Source of the DNA: Camelus ferus
Lineage: Eukaryota
Assembly (NCBI RefSeq): GCF_009834535.1
Contig: NC_045700.1
Location: 48,856,001-48,920,000 of the forward strand
DNA length: 64,000 bases
Direction: 5' to 3'
The notes beneath the pieces are model-generated. The model saw only the letters and a list, made by a program, of their open reading frames with translations, was not told the origin of the DNA and did no database searches. Of this stretch, positions 46,886 to 58,669 are shown one piece after another; positions within the stretch are counted from its first letter, which is position 1; each line of letters opens with the position of its first letter. The position numbers and the translations under genes are program-made.

Positions 46886-47849
46886 ACCTGCTTCACTGCC
46901 AAAGTCCCTCATTTCAGCAGTCATCAGGGAAGTCCTAGCCGGGAACCTCCAGTTAGCTTACGTAGTCAATCTGAGGACAAGTGTACAATGTCCGTTAGGT
47001 GTTAGGCTGGGATCATGGGGCTTTCAAGGTTTCCTTTCAATTCTAACTGTCTATGATCCTGTGGTTTACTTGGTGGCTGTCCTTCAATCATCATCAACAG
47101 CAATGTGTTCAGGGTGCTTATTATCTTACCATATTAGGCTAGGCGAGGGGGATACTAAAAAGTTTAAAAGATTCCTCTCCAGTCTGGTTGGGAAAATAGG
47201 TTAGAGAGATGAAATTTAAGGAAATAGAATAATGTGTACTGGGTGGGAATGATAACTTAGGACCCGAGTGTTCAGGAAGGCCTTCACAGATGGGACTTCA
47301 GAGAGGTTAACAAGGTGGAAGAGGATGGACCTGTGGAAAGGGGTGAAAGGGTCTTTTTAGGTGGGCTAAATGGAAATTGGAAACATAGGAGCAGGAATAT
47401 TTAAGGCCTGTCTTGGAATANNNNNNNNNNNNNNNNNNNNNNNNNNNNNNNNNNNNNNNNNNNNNNNNNNNNNNNNNNNNNNNNNNNNNNNNNNNNNNNN
47501 NNNNNNNNNNNNNNNNNNNNNNNNNNNNNNNNNNNNNNNNNNNNNNNNNNNNNNNNNNNNAGACTATCCAACTGTTTACAATTACTTTTATTAACCCTGG
47601 GGAAATTATTGATGTATCTCAGAACCTAACATTGACACAGTGGAGTAATTGACAAATATTTATTGAATCCATATAGCATGTGAGTCTTTATGGGGCATAA
47701 AGCTGGATTGGAAAGGTTCTTGCCCAAAGGGAGCAGACTAGTTGCTGTTATAAAATGCCCTCAAGGAAGAAAGCAAAGTAAAATCCAAGACCATACAGAC
47801 AGTTTGGCACCTCAAGAAATAAACCTTCAAGTCACCTATACTTATAAAG

Positions 47850-48420
47850 GTGATCTTACTCAGACCAATTGCAGGAATGATTCTCTTGGTATCCTGACGA
47901 GTCTAAACCTCTAGCTCTGGTCCAAGTCATTTCTTATCTTCTTAAGCTCTGAAACAGCATTTCCTTTATTTTTCACTCTGCAGATCTCTACCTGGTATCT
48001 CATAAGCATGCCAAACTTTAAGTTCCAATAGAATACATAATCTTCTCTCCCCAAGACACCATCTCACTCCCAAACAAAATATAACAAAAGCAGAAACCAC
48101 TTCCATCTCCACGACTGTCACACACACACACAAAACAACCACCAAAAAACTCCAAACCAAACAAATCCAAGACCATCCTTTCTCTGGTGATTCCTACCCT
48201 GGTGAATGGCACTACTTGCAATAACCCAGCCACTAGGTCAGAACTTTTGGACCCTGGAAGAAGTGTACCATGAGATGAGGGAACATTGAATATATGAAGT
48301 GGGCAGGGATAAAGAACTTTTATGAGGCCAAGGGATGTGTCTGTCTTGATCACTGTATTTCCACAGTACCTGCCACTTAGTGATTGCCCAATAAATTTGT
48401 TAAATTAAGTAAAAGTTTGC
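47850..48420 (+). mobile_element. L2 LINE remnant
   Basis: CTCTGGTGATTCCTACCCTGGTGAATGGCACTAC and terminal CTTGATCACTGTATTTCCACAGTACCTGCCACTTAGTGATTGCCCAATAAATTTGTTAAAT. Confidence 0.65.
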
Positions 48421-50290
48421 CCAAGAGTAGAAATTATTGCTTTATCAAAAGGGAGGAATAAATTAATATTCATTCTTTTGCTTTGTCTGGAAAGCATGAA
48501 ATTTGACCCACAGATTCTTGACCTGGTGCTAAGTACCAGTTCAGGTTCCTCAAGGGCTGAATAGACCCCTACAAGCTAGCTTCAAAATCCAACCAGCATT
48601 TATAATCTGACTTCTGAGGGAGATCATATTCAGCATCTCAAGCAGCCGAGTTACAAAGATACTTTTGGAATACAGCTTGTTTTTAAACTGGGGATTCTCT
48701 GTATTCTGTGGAACAAATGCTAAGTGAATATTTCAGATGCTAGACACTAATGGTGCACTCAAGTGGGCAAGATTATTTCCAGCAGGTAGGTGAGAGAAGT
48801 TTTCAAGATGAAAGATTTAAACAGAAATGCTAAGAATGGGCAGGGATTTAAAAGCAATAGGGAAGGAAGAAGGGCATTTTAGATGGCAGTAAAATTATGA
48901 ACAAAAGAAAGAATTAACAAGAAGTACGGGGGGATAGTGAGTAAATGTCTAAGTTGTGTAGGGAAGTATGGGAGAGATGTGGAAAGCGTGTGATTGCAAG
49001 AGCAGCATTTTAGGAAGGTAAATCTGGTGGCGTGATTTGGAATTGAGAGACAGTGGAAATGGTAAAATCAGTTAAGAGTCCTATTTCATAAATCCTGGCA
49101 TGAGATACTGGCCTAAGCCAGAGTGGTAATGGATGTACAAGGAATATGAAAAAAGACAATAGGAAATGAATAATATTTTATTATTTCACAGAGCAGAAAT
49201 TATATTTTAAGCATTCTGATTTATAACAAATACATAACCTACAGTGAGACATTCTCTGAAATACATCATCGTAAGGTCTTGTATTACTTTCCTTGAAGAA
49301 TGAATTGAAAGCCTAAATGATGTGGTTGGTGGAAGATGATGTTAGGTGCCCTGGAGAATTCGATGGTCTTGCTAACCTAGAGCCTTGTGTTTATTGTCTC
49401 ATGCAATAACATGAGAGATCAGGTTAGATGCCCCCATAGTGCTGGAACCCCAGAAAGGTTGAGCCCTCAGAGAAAGGGCAAGCTAGAAAAAGCTGCCACC
49501 AACACGTGGAGGCGACCAGGAGCTTGGTGCTTTTCATCTGTGCCCTGGGTGGACCAAAATAGTATCCACTTAAAGTTTCTAACCACAGGCCATCATACAG
49601 ATTTGTCATTTGAATTTACACCATCTGTAGGGATCTGGGAACTCCTCTTCCACATTGAGAAAAAATGTGGTCTAGGCTGGGCTGGTATTACTTCTGGAGT
49701 GCTTGGTAGAAGCAGATGCAAAACCTCTCTAGGGGGTTATATCCTTTACCCTAGTTGGACATAATAGCCACAGAGGAAGCTACACAGATGAAAATTACAA
49801 AATACACGAGGAAATAATCTACTGTGAGTGAAGCTTGCAAATACATACATCAAATAGCATGATTGGACCCCAAGAACTTCCATTAATGAATATGTTGGTT
49901 AGACATTATAAAATATCTGATTTCTACAACTGTAGACCTCAAAAAAGAAATTAAGAACCTGAGAAAAAAGGTATTGAAGTTTTTATAAAGTATTTTGGAG
50001 CCTCATTCTAGGCAGACTGCTTGGGAAAGGGGAGGAATTTGGGCATAAGCAGGGCTAAGACTAATGGTTAGGAGTTATCAGCATCCCAAATCATAATGTC
50101 CTTGGGACTGGTGTGAACTGCCATCCTATTTATTTAATGATGGTATTTAAAATGTCAGATATTTTGGGTGAGGACTGATGGCAGGGATCTACAAAAAGTG
50201 GTGATAATTTAAGTCAAATGATGAAAGAATAGTGGCTGTGAGATTTCTGTCCAGCTGGAAGCAAGATCCAGCCATGAGGCAGTATATAGG

Positions 50291-50330
50291 GGTAGTGGTG
50301 TTGGTGGTGTTGGTGGTGCTGGTGGTGGTG
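50291..50330. repeat. Imperfect (GGT)n repeat with 9-nt periodicity
   Basis: GGTAGTGGTGTTGGTGGTGTTGGTGGTGCTGGTGGTGGTG. Confidence 0.85.
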
Positions 50331-51299
50331 ATTATGGGGTGAGGTGGGACAGTGGAAGATAGATATTGAGGTCAGCACTGTCCCCACCCTAACTGCCTGC
50401 CATGTCGCTGCCCTTCTATGGGATCCATCTGGATAAGCCCTGTCAGGAGCTGCTCCCTTCTGGAAACAGCCTGCAGCTTCAAGGGCTCCCAGGGTTGAGG
50501 ATCTGCTTCTGAAAACCACAGAGTCTTTCTGACAGTGGGAACTGTGCTGCCAGACTGCATGTAAGTTTCCAAATACTCCTGGGCCTTTTGACTCTGGTGG
50601 CGCCTTGCTCTCCCTGCCCTCAACTGAGCCCCTCTTCCTCAGTGCACCCTCGGGCGCCTCCAGCTCACAGGTGCCTGCTTCAGGGTAATTTTCAGCATGC
50701 TGTTCAGCTGGGGCTGCAGTGTGACAACACTAGAAAGTACTCTGTGACAATCTTTCAGAGCTGGAAATTCCGTTTCCTGGTAAAATAAAAATAAAACTCC
50801 TAGATTCAGTGTTTGACTTTGAGGACAGAGAGGAGACTAAGGAAAATTGGTGCTCTAAAATTTTCAAAGTATATTCCAAGTCACATCTTGTCCTGAGAAT
50901 CCCTTTGGAAAAAAAAAAAGATTGGTTAAGGCATCTTTAGGTTAATTTACTACAAAATATTATGCAAAATAATTTCTTTTTTGCACATAATATGATCTCT
51001 ATTTGAATAAACGCTACATCTCAATGAACAGATTTATGATAAATTAATCCAAATTTTTGTTATTCCACTGTTACTATAATTTCTTTAACATTTAGTTGGT
51101 TAAAAAAAGTGTAGAAATTTGCATGCTATTCTCTCTTATGGAAATTCATAATTTATAGGAGCATGTTAATAGCTCAGAGAAGTCTTGTTTAATTGTGATT
51201 AATCCAGTGTTTTTCAAATTTTTTGGTCTCCATAGCATTTTTTGAATGATACGTATTATCATCCTGAAGGAACCAGAATGCTGGGGACTGAGCTTTGGA

Positions 51300-51750
51300 A
51301 AACATTAGACTTACCAGCATCTAATGGCATTTGCTCAGGCCTCATTGACTTTGCAGCTTCTGCCACTGAGGCCCACTTTTACTCTCTGGACCTTCTGGGC
51401 CTTTCTTCTTTCTTGGCCTTTGGGTCATCTCTTAGTCTGATGTTCCTCCTACTTCCACTCCATATCCTAAGCCTGGGTGTTCATCAAGGTTCAGCCTCAC
51501 CTCCCAGTTTTTCTTCTTCTTCTTCTTCTTTTTTTTTTTTTCATATAACTCTCTTCCTGTGGGAGCACATTCCATCTCCTAGTTTCAATCATCATCTACA
51601 TATGGATTAAAAAAACCAACCCCTAATATTTCTCCTAGCTTGAGTCCTGCATCTCAGAATGCCCCCAGAACATTTTTGCTTGTATATTGTTCTGCCACCT
51701 CAAATTCAACATGTCTACATTTCTCTTTCCACAATATGTGCCCCTGTCTG
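51300..51750 (+). mobile_element. L2 LINE remnant
   Basis: CATTCCATCTCCTAGTTTCAATCATCATCTACATATGGAT...CACCTCAAATTCAACATGTC. Confidence 0.7.
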
Positions 51751-51789
51751 TGTATATACACAAACAACAACCAGTTATAGTCCATAAAT

Positions 51790-54670
51790 TTAGACTCCCA
51801 TTTTAATGGCAATAAGGAAGACTAAATACTCAGGGATAAACATAATAAGAAATGTGCAGATCCTAGATGTGAAAAATTTTAAACACTCCTGAAAGCCAAA
51901 AATGTAGGCTTGAACAAATGGAATGACAGTCTCTCTTCTTGGATAGGATGAGTCAACATTATAAAGATGTCAGTTCTCCTTAAATCAATTTATAGATTTA
52001 ATGCAGTCCCAATAAAAATACCAACAAGCTTCTTTTTATGGAGCAATATAAGTTGATACTGAAGTTCATGTGGAAAAATAAATATGCAAGGCTATACAGG
52101 ATAACATTCAAAAATTATGAGAAAAGAAAGACATTGAAGAAGATAAATTACTTCATGTAAAAAGGAAGGAGATTTTAAGAAAATAAACATTTATCTGCTC
52201 ACTTGTACAAAAGAAATGCAGGAAGGATAAACCAGAAATAATGAGATTGATTACCTACAGGGAAGTGGATGGGAATGGGTAGAAAGAATGTCTAGCAGGA
52301 AAGAGGGGGGATTGACATCGTACTGTGGCTGTCTTTTTATATTGCTTTGACTCTTAGAATGGCAGTAATGTTTCACATGCTCCCTGCTCCCCAAAACAAA
52401 GAACTGAAATAAGCCAGGACTTGGGGGTAACCTCACATAGAACAAGAATAGTAATAAATGAACCTAAGTGTATTAAATGAATAACATAATCACACTGAAG
52501 TGGGTGGGGAATAAAAGAACTAACCTAACTAACCCTGGACAAATAGTTTTTGGCTATAAACTATAAGGCTAAAGCCAAAAATCCTGCACAGAAATATTGT
52601 ACTCTACTTAGTAAATTTGTTTCCCATGAGGATATGGGTTTACAATCGTGAAACTATTTCATGTGTACACTGTGATTGAACAAGTAAGAAAATATATTGT
52701 GGACAATGAGAGCCAGGCTTCTCACTGCCAGAGAAAGAAATTACAAATAAGGAATGGGGAGAAAAGCTAAAATGAGCTTTGCCATATTGAATTAAAATTG
52801 GAGATATCAATATGAACTCATGGTTTTCTACATATATAAAATGTATTTTATATAACATATACATATATGTCTTGTGAAAATAAAGGAAACCTCATTTAAA
52901 TTGGAATGGGGAAGTCCTGAAGGGGGAGCTCCCACACACTACCACTTGCCACTGCTTGCAGACCCCAGCAGGAAGAACCTCACTTTACACACCTCAGCAG
53001 AAGGCAGAAAGATTTTTCTCCTTGCCTAGCAACAGCACCGCCAATGAGGAATCACCACACTCAGCCAATGAGAAGCTGCCATCACCCTGAACTCTTGCTC
53101 TCTTCCGATAAAATTTCCCGGGAGATAGCCCTCCTGATTTCCTCCTTTTCTCTGTAAAAGAAGACGTCCTCTTTTTTGTTCTCCAGACTTGTCTATGGTT
53201 CACCATGATTTGTGTGTCCCAAGTTGCAATTCCTCTGCTCTGCCTGAATAAACTTGATTTTGCTGGCTAAACCATTTACCCTTTTGTTTTAAAGGTTGAT
53301 GGTATATACACATCTACAAACACAGATCAATAGTTTTAGAAATAAATATAGGTGTGTGTGCGTGCATGGGTTAGTATACACACGTTTATTTCCTACCTTT
53401 GTCCACTGAGTGGGTGTAAAAGCAATGACAACCCAGTAGCACTGGGCATACCTAGCAACCAGATTTTAGTTTCTAACCATCACTCCAATAAAAGAAATCA
53501 GGATTCCTTAGAAAATGATCGATTCCATGGCTGGAGCAGGAAAAATACAAAGTGAGCCTGAAACATCTTCTAGTGCTAGAAAAAGAGGAAATGCTCACAA
53601 AATGATAGAGAAATTTTGAAAAGACACAGGACTCAACTTGAAAGATCTACTATTAGCCAAATCTGGGGAAATTTGAGCAACAAAATAAGTAGTGATAGCT
53701 TTGACTTATAACCCATAGAATAAAATAAATATTCATGAATCCATACTGATATAAATTAAAAGTTGAATAAGTAAATAAAAAGGGAGAAGGCATAGCTCTT
53801 TCTTGCAATAGGATTCTAGTTATAAATGTAGGAGGAAAGATAAAAGTAGAAAGTCACTATTAGGCAAACATCAAAGTAATAATTGTTGCAGGCAAGAACC
53901 ATCAATGAATACCAAAATTAGTAGACAAAAGTATGATCAGAGACGGACACATATGTTTTGTATAATCTCAAAATGTCTTCCACAATGTACTTATTAATTA
54001 CAAGGGAAAAAATGTAACTTTACCGTGGAGTAAACTCACAGACAGTAATTTAACCAAGTGATCAAATTGAACATGACCAGTAGTAAGATATATTGATGTG
54101 TACCCTTGATATGGTGTATTGAAAAAGACACACTCTCGCTTCTGTGGGACTCTTGCTAAAAACACATAACCTCAATTTATCATGGAAATATCAGAAAACT
54201 CATATTGAGAGACAATCTACAAGATAACTGACCAGTATTTTTCAGAAGTGTCAATGTCATGGAAGGCAAAGAAAAAGAAAAATGGAGAAATTGTCACCTA
54301 TTGGAGGAGACTAGAGACATGACAACTAAATGAATGTGAGGGCCTGGACCAGAAAAAGGAAGTTAGTACAAAAACTGGAGAAATTAATATAAGGCCTGTA
54401 GATTCGTTAATGATATTGTATCACTGTTAATTTCCTGCTTTCAGTAATTTTACTATGTTTTATTTTACATTTATAAATACACATACATTTTACAAATACA
54501 TTAAACTTGCAAATATAATTTTGTATTTGCATAAAATACAAAATTATATTTCACTATAAGATATAAACATTAGATAGAACTGAGTGAAGGGTAGGTATAT
54601 GGAAACTCTGTACAATTTTTGTCACTTTTTTATAAGTCTAAAATTATTTAAAACAAAAGATAAAAACAAT
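51790..54670 (+). mobile_element. Long old L1 (L1MC-like) with decayed ORF2 remnant and 3' region, split by a solo LTR at 52873-53301
   Basis: 51920-52030 translates to SWIG*VNIIKMSVLLKSIYRFNAVPIKIP (L1 ORF2 motif); L1MC-type 3' text continues on both sides of the LTR to an A-rich end near 54665. Confidence 0.85.
52873..53301 (+). mobile_element. Solo LTR, probably ERV1 class
   Basis: Starts TGTGAAAATAAAG; two CCAAT boxes (53041, 53065), degenerate TATA (TGTAAAAG near 53153), AATAAA 53247-53252. Possible 4-bp TSD GTCT/GTAT; terminal CA not intact. Confidence 0.8.
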
Positions 54671-56999
54671 TAGATAAAAGGATGCAACTTCAGCTACTAG
54701 GACATACTTTGGTACTCAATAACGAAATTTTTTAAAATATTGGGAAGACTATGATATTAATTTTAATTTTAGGCATGTTATTGTGCATTTTAATACAATC
54801 ACACTTTCCTTAATATGCTTTCTTACCACAACATGATCAGGCAGTACTGGTAAGCTTAAAGTTTTTTCCAGTATGCCATTCTTTTCCTAAAAGCCTTATA
54901 TCTTGCTGTTAACATACACTCCAACATAATGGGCATTAAAGAAAAATTGAAAGATACATTTTTAGTTTATCATAAGAAAGATATATAGGCTGCTTATATG
55001 TCCTTTAAGTTGTTAGATACCAAAGTAAATTTATTATTATTAAAACAAAATTCTCTTAGGTATCATCTTGTTCACTCTATCTTCATCTCATTTTAAGATA
55101 CTGAGATTGTTTTTCATACTTGTGTTTATGTATGTGTGAAACTACACGCATACAGATACGTTATATATGCAGGTTCTCTATTCTCAGGTATGGGGGAGTT
55201 TAGCTACAAATCCTCTGGGGGAAAACTGGATGAGGGAGTCCTGTGTGTAGAAACTGAATTCTCTTATCCCTTCTTAAACTAGTGAAAGTCCTTCAAATTC
55301 GATACCCAGCCTTAGATTACAGTTTTTATGTGACTAATGAGCTTTGAGTGCTCCTCATACAATATCTTTTTTTGACAGGAGTAGTAGCCTGACATGACAC
55401 TAGACTAGTGTTATAAATACAGCTTTAAACAAAGTAAAGTTAGATGTTCTTTGTGATCTTTATATTTGGAATTAGGTTCTTTACTGACAGTAAAATACAG
55501 ACAAAACTAAATAGAAGATCTCAGAAAAGTTCATGTGGGTTCATGTGAATGACTGGGTTCAAAAGGGAGGAATATTCAGTCCCGTATAAAAAACTTTCCA
55601 GAGAGAAAATGGTGAGAAGTGCTGCTACCCAATATTAGTTGTTTCTATTCCTTTTGAGTTCCTGGGATATTGTTTAAAAAAAAAAAAAAAAAAGAGAAGC
55701 TGGTAAGATACTAAATGTCTCATACTGAAATTTGAACTAACAGCTTAAAATGGTTGCTTTTAATTTTGAGGAGTTATATGGTGAGATGTTTTCATTTTAT
55801 CTAGAAAGGAAAAAAATGAAGAACTGCCATGAACAGAAGCATGCAGTGCCCTTGACTGTGAGATTCAAATACGTGTCACAGTTAGGTTGTTTGAGATATT
55901 TGATGAGCTTTCCGGTTACTGAAGGTGCACTTTACACCAGCCTAAGCAGTTATTTTTCAGACATCTAGTTTCAGGAAAGGCATAGTGTGTCCTGGCAAGG
56001 GCATTTCACTTACCCTGAAGAGCTGTGGTAGCTATGGCAACACAGTACCTTAAACCCTTTCTTAGGTAACATTGCCTATGACTTTTGAATGGGTTTGGAC
56101 ACTCAAACGCTTATTACACTGTTGAAATGGCTTGTTTGCTTGCCATTTCCTCAACTGGGTCCATCTTCTCAATTGGATTGTTATTCAGGGCAGACACTGA
56201 ATTTCGTTCACCATAGTATCTCCATGATCTTGTTGAGGGCCCAGCATTACAAAATGGAGTCCAACAATTACTTGATTAATGAATGAATGAGTGAATACAT
56301 CTCATGCTCTAATACAGGTTCTAATTTGAAAAAAAGGCAAAAGAAAATAGTGGTGGCCATGTCAACTGACATAATCTTACAGATGCCAACTTTTTATCAG
56401 AGGTGACCTATTTTACCATCACAGGACCCTTTTTCTCAAAACGTCTCCAAGTGCTAAGGGGTCCTTGGAAAATTCTGCTGTCTCAGGCCCATCTCTTTAC
56501 CAGTTGTGGTGACACACGTGTTGTAGACCCTCTTGCTTCAGGCTCCTTAATCACCATCACCAATTCTTCAGCTTTGTTTAAGGGTTATAAGGTTAAATAT
56601 GATAACTGATTTTCAACTATAAAATCAATGCCAAACTATTATCAAAAGCAAGAGTGTCTGCAATCGATCCACCAAGTTTGCCGGTTTCTCTCTGTTCAAC
56701 ACATCAATCTGTATTAGACAATATGAGTCATATGCTGAGATATGTCTTACCCAGCTGTATAAAGCCTTGAATAAGGACATGTGCTCAAACAATAACGTAT
56801 TTTGGATGTTGTTGTTTCTGCATGTGTTACCATAGAAGGGAGCCTCTGCTATGGAACATGGAGCTGGTTTAAGACAGGTTCTCAACAGTATAATTAAGAC
56901 TAATGAGACCTAAATTATGCAAGTCCTGGATGCAGGCAGGTCAGAGTGCTTGCCATATTAGTCACCTTTTAAAAAGTTCTACCTAGGGTGATAAAAAAT

Positions 57000-57270
57000 T
57001 CTTTTTTTTCTAAATGGTAAAAGTGACATAAAAATATTACAGAAAGTTTAGAATTCAGCAGAGAGAAAAAAAGAAAATCCCGTCCCCTTGTTACAACAGC
57101 TTTATCACATCTAAGAAATCTCACTTAGTTTTTTTCATATACATGTTTTTACATAGCGGTATTCACCATGAAATGCATTTTGCTGTGATTACTTAACATT
57201 GCATCATTCATTTTTCCATGTTGTTATATTCACACATATTGTTTATAGCTTCACAAAGTGTATATCCTTA
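57000..57270 (-). mobile_element. Old L1 3' fragment (L1ME-like)
   Basis: Degenerate antisense L1ME-type text (CATTCATTTTTCCATGTTGTTATATTC). Confidence 0.5.
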
Positions 57271-57699
57271 TTAGCCAGCTCTAGAAGGGTAATATATACA
57301 CCAAAGGGTGAGACAGTTGTGTGTGGGTTTCTCGTTTAGTTTTGCAAAACTGTAAGTTTGCTGCTATAGTGATTTAGGACTGAGTTAGCTTATTACATTT
57401 ATGTGAAAGTAATTAAAATTAATCCTTTACATAAATATAATAATATAATAAATACTAAATATAATTTGTTGAAGGTATTCTCAGCTCTTCCTTTTAGTTA
57501 ACACAATCATCTGAATTTCTCTCCCTCTCCCTCACCTCACAGGCTGTAATTAAGGCATTACATTTTATTACCTCCTTTATGGAAATGATAAATATCAAAG
57601 AGCTTAAATGACTTTTCTAGTTTTAAAGCAAGTGGCAGCCACAGCGTAGCACTCTTGAGTCTGACTGTAGACTGTGGCACTATGGTTTTGGCTCCTAGC

Positions 57700-58130
57700 A
57701 TCTTTTCTTTCATTTTCCTTCTTGTAACAGATCCCATTTATTCCTGGCCTGGCCGATCACTGAACCCATTTACTTGGACAAGGTATTTAATCCAGAGGTG
57801 AGAACATCCAAGCAATTATAATTCTTCCCTGGGATTTATGTGTGGAAGTTGGGGTTGCCAACTTAGGAAGATGTTAAGTTGGTGCTGCTGGCAGCTACTC
57901 TTACTACCTGGGAGAAGGTGTGTCTTCAATTAAAAAGGATAAAGCTGAACAGAGATGAGAGGTGGCAAGACAGAGAGCTGAATCATTAAGGTCCTGGTTT
58001 CTAGAGCTTTTCATTTGGTTCTGGGAAAGACCTTGGTGTCTTTTCTGCCACTATCAGGCGGAAAACAAACTATCTTAAGTTAGATGTAATTGTTTTAAAA
58101 CTTGCAACCAGAAAAGTCCTAACTAATTCA
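57700..58130 (+). mobile_element. MaLR LTR (MLT1J/K-like)
   Basis: Ends ACTTGCAACCAGAAAAGTCCTAACTAATTCA; internal GCTGCTGGCAGC motif. Confidence 0.7.
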
Positions 58131-58532
58131 GTTCCTGTAACTGTAGATAAGGCATTTACCAACCACCAATGAAGAGCATTCTCAATAGATATGGTTAAAA
58201 GACTCAACTGCCAATAATAACATAAAGCTATGAAAGTGAGGCAACATACATATTCTGCAGAATATTTTGGAAATTAAGAATTTTAATTTCTTTTGGTAAC
58301 CAGTTAATATTTGAAGAATCTAGGCTCACTAGAATCTAGAATGTAGGTATTTCCCAAGTGTAGTACAATACACTGGTGTTTCACGTGAGGATGCACTAGT
58401 CTAAAATACAAGTGGGTGGGATCAGGAAGTGAGGAAGAGGTAAGAACATAACAGTCCTGGATTGATCATGATTTCTTAGGAATTAAACAAAATGTGGGAA
58501 AGAGGAGTTGAGAGATACAAGAACTAGTGGCT

Positions 58533-58669
58533 GGGGAGAGGGTGTAGCTCAGTGGTGGAGTGCCTGCTCAGCAAGTCCAAGGTCCTAGGTTCAATTCCCA
58601 GTGCCTCTTTAAAAAAAATAATTAAATAAATAAATTTAATTGCCTCCCCTTCCCTCTCCCACCAGAAAC
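58533..58669 (+). mobile_element. Vic-1-type SINE, diverged, 11-bp TSD (1 mismatch)
   Basis: GGGGAGAGGGTGTAGCTCAGTGGTGGAG...GGTTCAATTCCCAGTGCCTC plus tail; AACTAGTGGCT 58522-58532 versus AACTAATGGCT 58670-58680. Confidence 0.87.

Noticed and set aside
48100-48180. C/A-rich stretch resembling a mitochondrial insertion
   Set aside because: Low-complexity sequence inside an L2 remnant; no recognisable mitochondrial gene.
19684-58669. tRNA-Ala(AGC)-like sequences as tRNA genes
   Set aside because: All carry the SINE tail, CpG-decayed stems and often TSDs; they are retroposed SINEs.
19684-58669. Six of seven SINEs on the minus strand as evidence for plus-strand transcription
   Set aside because: Two-sided binomial probability is 0.125; not significant.
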